Source of the DNA: Antedon mediterranea
Taxonomy: Eukaryota > Animalia > Echinodermata
Reading direction: 5' to 3'
Assembly (NCBI RefSeq): GCF_964355755.1
Contig: NC_092672.1
Span: forward strand, 30,324,437-30,388,436
Length of the DNA stretch: 64,000 nt
Below the pieces are notes generated by a model, which was given only the letters and a program-made list of their open reading frames with translations, searched no databases and was not told the DNA's origin. Each line of letters begins with the position of its first letter. Within the stretch, counting starts at the first letter, position 1. Below are positions 27,490 through 37,827 of this stretch, piece after piece. The position numbers and the translations under genes were made by a program.

Positions 27490-28046
27490 TTGTACAGCTT
27501 CCCTATTTTAGACACAGTATTTCCCAATTTTGGACAGAAATGTCTTTATTTTGGACAAATCGGATTTCTCTATATTGGACAGCTTCACCATCTTGGACAC
27601 AGCACTTCCCCATTCTGGACAGAAATTTCCCCATCCTGGACAGAAATTTCCCCATTTTGGACAAATCTGATTTCTCTATATGGACAGCTTGCCTATTTTT
27701 GACACAGCATAAGCCCATCCTGGACAGAAATTTCCCCATTTTGGACACGATATAGCGCCACCACTTCCCCATCCTGGACAGAAATTTCCCCATTTTGGAC
27801 ACGATATAGCGCCACCACTTCCCCATCCTGGACAGAAATTTCCCCATTTTGGACACGATATAGCGCCACCACTTCCCCATCTTGGACAGAAATTTTCCCA
27901 TTTTGGACAAATCGGATTTCTCTATATTGGACAGCTTCCCCATCTTGGACACGATTATAGCGCCACCTATCGCTTTTGTCCTTATTCTGGACAAAATATT
28001 TCCCCATTCTGGACAGAAATTTCCCCATCTTGGACAAAATTCACCA
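27490..28046 (-). repeat. Right foldback arm (inverted copy of the left arm, three 54-bp units)
   Basis: Reverse complement of 19444 onward; the ORF track gives near-identical peptides on opposite strands. Confidence 0.9.
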
Positions 28047-28063
28047 ACCCGTCTCCTAAATTG

Positions 28064-28402
28064 TGTGTTGAAGGCGATTTCACTGATAGGCTTAAGATTC
28101 TAAATTTACCAGATATGGTTCAAAGAATGAAATTTCATAGTATAATTTTTGTAGTTAAGTGTTTGCATAATTTAATTGATTTTGATATATTTGAATACCT
28201 TACAATTAATTCTCGGTATCCAGAGTCCCTCACCTTTAAACACATGTATGCTAGAACTAATGCATTTAAATACTCCCTGTTTGTTAATTTCCCTCGAATA
28301 TGGGAATGTATCCCGCATGAAGTTCGTAACAAAGTCCTGTTTAACTTTGGGGGGTTTAGAAGGGATTTGAAAAAATGTATTACTGATATCGAATTCATCT
28401 AG
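28064..28402 (+). CDS. C-terminal 112 aa of the split LINE ORF (reconstructed total ~1131 aa)
   Basis: CVEGDFTDRLKILNLPDMVQR...ARTNAFKYSLFVNFPRIWECIP is a typical CR1-group C-terminus, in frame with the 16378 ORF across the TSD. Confidence 0.85.
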   Translation, partial: CVEGDFTDRLKILNLPDMVQRMKFHSIIFVVKCLHNLIDFDIFEYLTINSRYPESLTFKHMYARTNAFKYSLFVNFPRIWECIPHEVRNKVLFNFGGFRRDLKKCITDIEFI

Positions 28403-28611
28403 ACTATCACTGTGTTTTTATGTCTATTGCGTTTTTCGTACTATTAGTTGGGAAAGCCACTCGACAGTGCAGTTCTTTTGAACTGGTCCACTTTTGGTTA
28501 CCCGCAGGTGCTGATAGTACTTTTGTTCTGTTTTGTTGAATGATGCCGTACCTTGTTTATGATTTTTGTATGTTACCTGGAAATTGAATAAAATAAAATA
28601 AAATAAAAAAA

Positions 28612-29688
28612 TCATACTCTCAGCTCCTCTTAATTCCAAACAGTCTATAACTGCCCTTGATTGTGTTACAATTCCGATATTCTTCTGTAATGAAGTAATT
28701 TGTTTGTTGTTTTTAACAAATTTAATCTCAGCATTAACATCAGGTTTTGTTTTAGGTACTGTCTTGATCCTATCATCCAGTGCTGTGATGACGTCATTAC
28801 CGGATAACATTGCCGTTGCTTCATTGCCCTTCCCTAGGTGTTGAAGCAAATTGGTGTTTGTATTTATATACGAGATCGTCCTTTTGTAACATCCTCTATA
28901 TCGGCATCAGTCGCCTTCCTCTTGATTTTGTACATAGCCTCCACCTCACTTTTTAATTTGTCTTCACTTTCTTTTATTCTTGTTACCAAATCCTTGACGT
29001 GCTTTTGAATTCCCTTCAAACTATTTTCTCTACTATAACACGATCAGTCATTACTTTAAGATTATCATTTAATTTAGCTGCACATTTTTTTGCCTCTTTC
29101 TCCAATCTTACGCTGACGATTGTTTAAACGTTTTTAACGCATCCGTTATGATTATGGTCACGTGTTTGTCTTTTCCCTCCCATTCCTTGTGATCCATGAT
29201 TGAACAGTGTATACAAATGGCAACATTGCATATTTTATAAAACATAGTTAAAGGTTCATTGTGGACACAACACAGAGGCGGATGCATGGCATTGATTTCA
29301 CTTACACTCAAAGATCGAACATCTTGCACTGAATGCAACTTGTGATTTTTGCAAGCTCGAATGTTCTTATGATAATCACTACAGTCGTGACACAAATATT
29401 GTCTGCAATCCTGACAGTAAGTTTTAACTTGACCTTCCTTTCCACAAATACATTTTATCTGATCTTTATTTGAAAACTGTTCAATTGTTTCTAACAAATT
29501 ATTTAGAAACGTGTTGGGTGGTAATTTCTTTAGACCGCCCTCTGGAATCTGATAAGATTTTGAGCAATTGGGCAGCTTACTTTGTTAGTTTTCTTCAACC
29601 AGTTGTCAAGACAACGCAGACAGAAGCTGTGAAGACATGTTAAGGTTCTGGGTTCGTTGAGTCGATTAAAGCATATTTGGCACTCTAG
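28612..29688 (-). pseudogene. TRIM-NHL copy A, 5' half (RING, B-boxes, coiled coil), start codon lost
   Basis: Paralogous to ~32479-33559, with several small indels (~28882, ~29032, ~29108, ~29571). Homology stops abruptly at 29688 (LECQIC). Confidence 0.9.
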
Positions 29689-29706
29689 TAGTACGGGGCG
29701 CCGTGT

Positions 29707-30278
29707 GGGACATTGCTAATTTTGTCGAAATATTACAATTTTGTCTACACAATGGCGAGTCATATGGCCGAGCGGTTAAGGCAGGGGCGCCGTTTATCGT
29801 ACCTAAAGAGCCAACAACAACATCGGCAAGGGTTCGAGGCCGACTCGCTCCTAGTTCTGGTGGTGGAACAAGTCTTCTCGGATAAGGACTATAAACCGTA
29901 GGTCCAGTGTACACAGTTATAACCTGTGTGTACTTTAAAGAACCCAGTTCATTATTCGAAAAAGAGTAGGGGGTTACCCCGGTGAACTGGTTCACACAAT
30001 AGCCTCTGTATCAGGGGGATTACCACCTATCTGATAGGACAGTGATTAATTCACTATTGGTAATCCTTGGCCACAGTGCCTAAAGACATAAAATAAAAAT
30101 AAATAAATAAATACACAAAATAAATATTGTCGATATTATTCGATTCAAGATGGAAGCAGATGATAATTTGAATTGGGGACATTGCTAATTTTGTCGAAAT
30201 ATTACAATTTTGTCTACAAAAAATAAATATTGTCGATATTATTCGATTCAAGATGGAAGCAGATGATAATTTGAATTG
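29707..30278. repeat. ~103-bp tandem duplication; the first copy is interrupted by the SINE
   Basis: gggacattgctaattttgtcg...gatgataatttgaattg at 29707-29752 + 30119-30175 and again at 30176-30278. Confidence 0.85.
29753..30111 (+). mobile_element. tRNA-derived SINE with a Deu/Nin-type core and (TAAA)n tail
   Basis: A box tggccgagcggtt, B box ggttcgaggcc, core tctcggataaggactataaaccgtaggtcc...ttaaagaaccc...gagtagggggttaccccggtg. TSD TACACAA (29746-29752 and 30112-30118). Confidence 0.85.
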
Positions 30279-30499
30279 AAGTTTACTTATAATAGTAGGT
30301 GTGTTAACTAGTGAATGTATTGCATTCGCTGATTTGTGAGAAGATTTATTTGAACAATTGAATGTTCAACGAGTTGAATAGGACAGCCAGACATTTAATC
30401 CATGAACATTTAATATTTATATAATAAATAAAATAAAGTTTGTTTTAACCCATTTTTCTGAAAGGGCTAATGTTGTCAAATAGCAAAGCAGTAGCTTGT

Positions 30500-31000
30500 T
30501 GGTTAACGTTCTTGCCTTCCAAGATCCAATCTTAGCGAGGGTTAACTCACGACTGTTTTTTTTTCACTCCCTAAGCCTCAAATAAGATTTGGTTAATAAA
30601 AACAGCATTGCTTATCTATCCTGTATTAGTGAGTTACTTGTCGTTGGATGTGCAAACACAATTAAACAAATAAAACCTCTGAACAGAATGGCTGAAGAAC
30701 TTTTATACTAACTTACGTTGTTGTCAATAGAATTAGTCTTTGATTTTGTAGACAGGTACAAATGCTCTCATATGTAAGTTGAAACAAAATGGTTCCGATA
30801 TGAATTACTAATGTAGTCATGTGACGTTTTATTATAGCATATTGATTCGTCAATATACAGTAGTCTATTAACAGAATGTTGTGCTGTACCCAGCGGAAAC
30901 GTTAATAATCATATAGGCCTGCGAAAGACACCACAATGATAATAATAAAGGGTTAATAAGTTATTTTTACGCTACTCTCAAAGAAAGCTCATACTATGGC
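30500..31000 (-). promoter_or_regulatory. Putative promoter and non-coding 5' exon block of the TRIM unit (paralogues ~35360-35870, ~40735-41020, ~58280-58800)
   Basis: Conserved block with a minus-strand donor gtaa(g/t)ttagt-like (plus strand ctaacttac) and the motif aacaaaatgg(t/c)tccgatatga upstream of every TRIM CDS whose upstream lies in the window. A second donor (plus strand cttaccttgt) at 35361 and 58281. Confidence 0.5.
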
Positions 31001-31453
31001 TTTGTTTGTCTGTAGGTTTAACATGTTTAAAATGATTACATTGATAAACTTCCACAAAAATCACATATTCCAAAGAAATGACAATATCGTACTTGTTATA
31101 ATTTGTACTTTATTCACTACGATTAAATACAGAATTATCCTCGTGTAACGTGAAATCACGTTGTAGACTTGTGATGTTTTTTTATATGTATTCTCTGTTC
31201 TTGTTTGGTTATTGTATTTTTAGCATGCGGACGTAAATTATTAAATAGTGTGCATGATTGTTGAAACTTGGTAATTCTTTTTGGAAAGCTGAACTGGTAC
31301 TATATTAACAAATAGCAATCTCACATTCTTAAATAATCAAAAGTTTAAAAATTCATTTATGTTTCAATATGAACAAAACCTATAATTCTAAATATTTCAG
31401 TATTTTATTTAAACATAAACATTCCTTTAATGATAATATGTACTAATCATTGT

Positions 31454-33610
31454 TTAGTAATTTAATAGTTTCACTGTGTTGTCTCCATAATTTGCCACTG
31501 CTACTCTACGTGGATTGTGAGATATGATGCATAATCCTTGAGGACACGTGATTTCATCTTCTGCTTTATCAATCCTTTTAATAAACTTTCCACTATTACT
31601 AAATAGCTGTAGTTTGTCCTCACTTGATATTATAATATTGTCATTATCATCAACTACTACTCCTCTTGGGTACTTCACCTTACCATCTTCATCACCCTCA
31701 TCGACAAGAACTTTAATAAACTTTCCCTCATTATTAAATAGTTTTAAACAGTTTGGGTCACAGACCACTAGTACAAGAATATATCCCTCTCTTGTAAGGG
31801 TGACATCACAGATATGTATATAGTTCAACCCTGGAGTGTCACATTGTGCTATTTTCTTAATCAGTTTGCCGCTTTCAATGTTAAACATTGCTACATTATG
31901 GTTATTAGCTACATACATGACACGTGATGCTTCATCCACATGAATACCACGTGGACGTGTCAACTCTCCCTTACCATATGATTTAACCACCTCACCATTC
32001 ATAGTGCATAGTGTTATGCAGATATTACCACAGTCACCGAATGCTATATTACCATTTTTCATTAGGAACATGCTGTAGACACACACACCTTCTGATAGTG
32101 TAACCTGACCAATGTATTTACCTGATTGATGGTATTTGTAAATGACATTGTCCCAACATGAAACAAGTAGGCAATCGTCTTCATATTTAACTACATCAGC
32201 AACAACTTTACCTATTTTAATAGTGTTTAATAATCCTTCTTTCTCTACTTTAATAGTCATTGGTGACTTCGTAATTTGTTCACCATCAACTCTAACATCA
32301 ACCTTGCAAATCCCTGCACTTGTACATCTACCTATCACAGTATAGTCACCGTTGTCATCTTTTTTTACTTCAGTGATGATAGTTTCTCCTGTTGGTTGTG
32401 TCAATGTAGCTTTTATGTAATTTGCATGTATTTCACATTCATCAGTTTTTATTATTTTAACATCAATTGTTGGTAATGTCATACTCTCAGCTCCTCTTAA
32501 TTCTAAATAGCCTGCTCTTGATTGTTTGACAATTCCGATATTCTTCTGTAATGAATCAATTTGTTGATTGTTTTTAACAAATTTAATCTCAGCATTAACA
32601 TCCGGTTTTGTTTTAGGTACTGCCGTAATCCTATCATTCAGTGCTATGATGACGTCATTACCGCAAAACATTGCCGTTGCTTCATTGCCCTTTCCAAGGT
32701 GGTGGAGCAAATTAATGTTTGTAATTATATACGATATCGTCGTTGTAACATCCTCTATATCGACATCAGTCGCCTTCCTCTTGATTTTGTACATTGCCTC
32801 CACCTCACTTTTTAATTTGTCTCCACTTTCTTTTATTCTTGTTACCAAATCCTTGACGTGATTATCAATTCCTCTCAAACTCTTTTCTCTGTTTTCATCT
32901 AGTTTCTTAACACAATCAGTCATTACTCTAAGATCATCATTTAATTTAGCTGTACATTTTTTTGCCTCTCTCTTCAATCCTGTTGACGTTTGTTTAAACG
33001 TTTTAAACGCATCCGTTATGTAGATGGACACGTGTTTGTCGTTTCCCTCCCATTCCTTGTGATCCATCATCGAACAGTGTATACAAATGGCAACATTGCA
33101 TATTTTACAAAACACTGTTAAAGGTTCATTGTGGACAGAACACAGAGGCGGGTGCATTGCATTGATTTCACTTACACTCATAGATCGAACATCTTCCACT
33201 GAATGCAACTTGTGGTTTTTACAAGCTGGAATGTTCTTATGAGCATCACTACAAATGTGACACAAATATCTTCTGCACTCCTGACAGTAGGTTTTAGATC
33301 GACCTTCCTTACCACAAATACATTTTGTCTCATCTGTATTTGAAAACTGTTCAATTGTTTCTAACAAATTATTCATAAACGTGTTGGGTGGTAATTTCTT
33401 TAGACCGCCCTCTTGAATCTGATAAGATTTGGAGCAAATTGGACAGCTTACTTTGTTAGTTTTCTTCAACCAGTTTTCAAGACAACCCAGACAGAAGCTG
33501 TGAAGACATGTTAAGGTTCTGGGTTCTTTGAGTCGATTAAAGCATATTTGGCACTCTAGAACCTTCTCATCAATATCTTCTAGAAATTTAGCCAGGCCAC
33601 TGGTAGCCAT
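31454..33610 (-). CDS. TRIM-NHL copy B (RING-Bbox1-Bbox2-coiled coil-filamin-NHL; TRIM2/3/71-like class), 718 aa, intact
   Basis: RING CQIC...CLHSFCLGC...CPIC; B-boxes CIC..CQEC..LCHIC..H..H and CSVH..FCKIC..ICIHC..DH..H; filamin-like ATLTQPTG...NGDYTV...VDGEQITKSP; NHL xPxGI/V repeats. Splice acceptor (ttcacag) just upstream of the ATG at 33610. Confidence 0.92.
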   Translation of the reverse strand: MATSGLAKFLEDIDEKVLECQICFNRLKEPRTLTCLHSFCLGCLENWLKKTNKVSCPICSKSYQIQEGGLKKLPPNTFMNNLLETIEQFSNTDETKCICGKEGRSKTYCQECRRYLCHICSDAHKNIPACKNHKLHSVEDVRSMSVSEINAMHPPLCSVHNEPLTVFCKICNVAICIHCSMMDHKEWEGNDKHVSIYITDAFKTFKQTSTGLKREAKKCTAKLNDDLRVMTDCVKKLDENREKSLRGIDNHVKDLVTRIKESGDKLKSEVEAMYKIKRKATDVDIEDVTTTISYIITNINLLHHLGKGNEATAMFCGNDVIIALNDRITAVPKTKPDVNAEIKFVKNNQQIDSLQKNIGIVKQSRAGYLELRGAESMTLPTIDVKIIKTDECEIHANYIKATLTQPTGETIITEVKKDDNGDYTVIGRCTSAGICKVDVRVDGEQITKSPMTIKVEKEGLLNTIKIGKVVADVVKYEDDCLLVSCWDNVIYKYHQSGKYIGQVTLSEGVCVYSMFLMKNGNIAFGDCGNICITLCTMNGEVVKSYGKGELTRPRGIHVDEASRVMYVANNHNVAMFNIESGKLIKKIAQCDTPGLNYIHICDVTLTREGYILVLVVCDPNCLKLFNNEGKFIKVLVDEGDEDGKVKYPRGVVVDDNDNIIISSEDKLQLFSNSGKFIKRIDKAEDEITCPQGLCIISHNPRRVAVANYGDNTVKLLNY

Positions 33611-33685
33611 TTTGGATTGATCTGTGAACAATAAATAATATATCTTTAATGTGGAAAACAAAATGCATATTGGTTATTTCCTCTT

Positions 33686-34785
33686 TATTAGGTGATCATT
33701 TAGAATAAAATGATTGTTTGGAATATTTTTTCTTATGATTCTTCTTTATTTCTCTCTGTACAGATTGTACAGAACAAATATCTCAAAAAGTTTAGTGTTA
33801 ACGATTACCAAAATGTCACAACATTAATTGCATCAAAGGGCTGAAATGTTGAAAAATAAGACATTTTTAAAAAGAAAATAATTCTTCAGAATGTTAACTT
33901 TTGTTAAACTTTTTGTTAACTTATTCTGGAAGCCATTGAGTTGTAGATATGAATTAATGTACACATTTCACGTACAAAATGTTAAAAATTAGGGTTTTTT
34001 CTCTTTCGTCATAGATATATAACATATATATATCACATTCAACAGAGGGCATCTCGGTTATTTTGTGCCCGATTTTCGCTGAAATTTTAGTATATGATTC
34101 CTCAATTAATTATCTTTCTCATGAGTTGTCAACATTTTCATTTTGATGACGTCAAGCGTAACAATTTGAATAACGTAGGTCATTGTATTTGCACCTACAC
34201 CATATTTTTTAATATCTCACAGCTCTATAGAATTAAAGGTGACCTTGATGATTATAATTTATTATGAAAGCTGATGAAATGTAGATATGAATTCATATAA
34301 AAATTAAGCCTATCGGATGTCGTGATGTTATCATATATATATGGCCTGTTGAATTTACAAAGTAGTTTTTTCATCTCTTTCGTCAAAGTTATACAATTTT
34401 CAAATAGGGCGCACTGCGCTTCTACGTGGCCAATTTTCTTCCAATTCTTATATCTATTTGCTCAATGGATTATCTTTCGAAATTGTGATCTTCAAGTTTA
34501 TTGTGGCAACATCGTCATATCAAAAAATTAGAACATGGTATGGTTCCCGTAATTTCACCTATGTTACACTCTATATAGATAATAGAGTACACTGTACCGT
34601 ATATTCTATGAAACATAATAGGCACCAATCAGCACCATAAGCATATATGCATCAGGTAATAGGATTGCATAAATCAATATTTTGCAGTCATATTTAACGT
34701 ACGTGCATGAAAAAAAAAATTAAATATCAGTAAAATTATGAAATGATCACCTATAATTCGTCAAATTGACGAATTAAATTCTAGT
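33686..34785 (+). mobile_element. Helentron-associated (HINE/DINE-1-like) non-autonomous element in the 5' intron of TRIM copy B
   Basis: Sub-terminal IRs taggtgatcattt (33689-33701) and aaatgatcaccta (34741-34753), 3' hairpin taattcgtcaa/ttgacgaatta, CTAG end in a T-run. Absent at the paralogous site in copy D (~55045). Confidence 0.75.
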
Positions 34786-36594
34786 TTTAATTGATGTGCG
34801 TATTGTGGTAAAACGCATTCCTCAAATTTGGTACTGTTTAGAATACTTCATTGTACTTTAATAATACAGTCTGATAGACACTGTTGAGGATTTACATTAA
34901 ACATGCGTTCAGATTCTTTCTGATATCTTGAATACGCGTACGTTTTAAAAAGTCTATAAATACAGTAATATATATACAGTATGTAATAATATACGGTAAT
35001 GATTTAAATGAACATTTCTAATTAGCATTTATCACTGAAAAAATCACTAATACTATAGTGATAACTATTCACTATTTTTTTCGGAATAATTGTGTGCATG
35101 GCCTAGCCTTCGATATTATTCGATTCAAGATGGAAGCAGATGATTAGATTGAATTGAAGTTTACTTATAAATAGTAGGTGTGTTAACTAGTGAATATATT
35201 ACATTCGCTGATTTGTGAGAATATTTAGTTGAACAATTGAATGTTCAACGAGTTGAATAGGACATTTATTATTTATATAATAAATAATATAAAGTGTTTA
35301 ACCCATTCTTCTGAAAGGGCGAATGTTGTCAAAGAGCAAAGTAGTAGTTTGTAAAAGAGCCTTACCTTGTTAACGTTCTTGCCTTCCAAGATCCAATCTT
35401 TGCGAGGGTGAACTCACGACTGTTTTCTTCTTCACTCCCTAAGCCTCAAATAAGATTTGGTTAATAAAAACAACATTGCTTATCTATCCTGTATTAGTGA
35501 GTTACTTGCCGTCGGATGTGCAAACAAAATTAAACAAATAAAACCTCTGAACAGAATGGCTGAAGAACTTTTATACTAAATTACGTTTTTGTTTGTCAAT
35601 TAATTAGTCTTTAATTGTGTAGACAGGCACAAATGCTCTCATGTGTAAGTTGAAACAAAATGGTTCCGATATGATTTACTAATAATTATAGTCATGCTTC
35701 CTGTGACGTTTTATTATAGCATATTGATTCGTCTATATACAGTAGTCTATTAACATAATGTTGTGTTGTACCCAGCGGAAACGTTAAGAATCATATAGGC
35801 CTGCGAAAGACACCACCATGATTATAATAAAGGATTAATAAGTTATGTTCACCCTACTCTCAGAGAAGGCTCATACTATGGCTTTGTTTTTCTGTAGTTT
35901 AACATGTTTAATTTGATTACATTGATAAACTACTAAATAATCACATATTCCAAAGAAATGACAATATCGTACTTGTTATAATTTGTACTTTATTAACTAC
36001 GATTAAATGCAGAATTATCCTAGTGTAATGTGAGATCACGTTGTAAACGTGTGATGTTTTTTTTATATGTATTCTCTGTTCTTGTTTGGTTATTGTATCT
36101 TTGGCATGCGGACGTAAATTATTAAATAGTGTGCATGATTGTTGAAACTTTGTAATTTTTTGGAAAAATGAAATATAAATGCATTTTGTGTCATTGTTTT
36201 TTGATAATTGCAATTCAAGCATATCGCAATGATTTACGACATTACAACCATCGGGCTGTACATTCAACCATTTTTTTTGTCAAGTTTGTATGCAAATAGA
36301 TTTATTTCATAAAGCCTATAACGTCAACAGGAAACTTTTGTTGTATTCTGACAGTCGGTCCTTTTCGATGTGTTTCAGTATAAACCCACTTATTTTGGAA
36401 TATTTAAAACACATTTTTTTCTTTCCAAATGTGCTGTGGTGCCTAATGATATTTAAAATATTTGTTATTTGTTCTTCAAAGTCAGAGTGGTAGGGTAGGG
36501 AGTAACTGTGTAGTTTTCTCATTCTTATTCAGTATTAACTTAGTAGCAGCAGTCTCATACCTATACCTAGACAATATCAACGAAAGACAGGTAG

Positions 36595-36921
36595 GTGAGT
36601 GGCCGAGTGGTTAAGACAGTGGAACCGTAATCACGTAGCCATAACATCGGCAGGGGTTCGAGGCTCACTCACTCCATGGTTCTGGTGGTAGAACGAGTCT
36701 TCTCGGATAAGGACTATAAACCGTAGGTCCAGTGTACACAACTTGCTCGTGTGCACTTTAAAGAACCTAGTACATCTTTCGAGACGAGTAGGGGGTTACC
36801 CCGGTGTTACTGTATTAGTACATCACAGCCACTGATCACCAACTGGGCCCTCTGGGAGACCAGTCTTTGACTGAAGAGGTTACCCAGTATAAATATATAT
36901 TTCAATCAATCAATCCATCAA
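36595..36921 (+). mobile_element. tRNA-derived SINE with the same Deu/Nin-type core but a different 3' region and a (TCAA)n tail
   Basis: A box tggccgagtggtt, B box ggttcgaggct, core identical to the 29753 SINE over tcttctcggataaggactataaaccgtaggtccagtgtacaca. It interrupts the first copy of a ~90-bp tandem repeat (36540-37058). Confidence 0.85.
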
Positions 36922-37827
36922 TCAAGAATAATGATGTAGCTCTTATTAATAGTAAATTAGTAGCAGCAGTCTCATACCGATTCCTAGACAATATCAACGA
37001 ATGACAGGTAGAAGAATAACGATGTAGCTTCTTCATTATTAACAGTAAATTAGTAGCACTGGTATGGGTTATCGTAATTAAGATATTCATTTGTAATAGC
37101 ATAATACGGTTGAACTACAATACACATGCAATTTTTTTGTTATTTTTTAAATTAATTTTTTCTTTTATTTGTAATTTAAATGTACAATACTTTATTTTAT
37201 TTTTATTTTATTTATTTATTTTATTTTATGTTAGGCTTCCTCAAACCAACTTATTTCAACACATCTCTAACCCGACCATCTAAACAGAGCAGCCATTAAA
37301 ACAAATGGACTAAACACTTATTTTCAATTCAATTCAAATCAAGCAAAATACGATGTAAAATGAAATGTTAATGTAATTAGTCATTAATAAGGTACATATT
37401 GTTTGTCATCTAAGATTAGTGCCTCACATTTGCATAACATTTATATTAAATTACAATTAAACATTTAATTAGTATGTAATTAATTATGTTTTACATTAAA
37501 AATGATTAATATTTAGAGTATTAAAAATACAATACAATGATGGAAGAAGTAAAGTTACCTAGAGTAATTAGAAATATATATTTGACAATTGCTACTGTAT
37601 AAACATCAAAATAAATTAAAATTATATTTTCGGAAGTAAAATAATGTTTAGAACTGGTACTATATTTAAAAATAGCAATCTCATTCTTAATATAACCAAA
37701 AGTTTCAAATCAATTTATGTTTCAATATGAACAAAACTTATAATTCGAAATATTTCAGTATTTTATTTAAACATAAATATTTCTGTCTAAACTTTAATGA
37801 TAATATGTGCTAGTATCTAACCATTGT

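Larger units (their letters stand above)
19435..28055. mobile_element. Non-autonomous foldback-type DNA transposon (Mutator/Phantom-like) with tandem-repeat arms, sub-terminal inverted repeats and an 8-bp TSD
   Basis: TSD CTAAATTG at 19427-19434 and 28056-28063; removing the element restores RRVTKL-CVEGDFTDRLKILNL. Arms ~19444-20298 and ~27490-28046 are inverted copies built from TGTCCA(A/G)(A/G)ATGGGGAA motifs. No transposase ORF seen. Superfamily is inferred. Confidence 0.85.
16005..28611 (+). mobile_element. Full-length single-ORF CR1/L2-group LINE (2A-like, PHD, APE endonuclease, RT) inserted in TRIM copy A and split by a foldback element
   Basis: TCAT duplication (16001-16004 and 28612-28615) restores the TRIM sequence gttgtcatactctcagctcc seen at ~63082-63101. 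5' UTR 16005-16377, 3' UTR 28403-28586, (TAAAA)n tail to 28611. Confidence 0.9.

Noticed and set aside
29753-29850. tRNA gene (also 36595-36680 and ~56040)
   Set aside because: A and B boxes are present but no proper cloverleaf; they continue into a SINE core and tail or are fragments.
31548-32861. Plus-strand ORFs antisense to the TRIM genes (also at 15168, 38282, 38507, 53362, 53935, 62091, 63235)
   Set aside because: Shadow ORFs; they recur only because the sense genes are paralogous.
33611-33661. N-terminal extensions of the TRIM ORFs (also 54978-54998)
   Set aside because: They run through a splice acceptor into intron; the paralogues agree on the downstream ATG.
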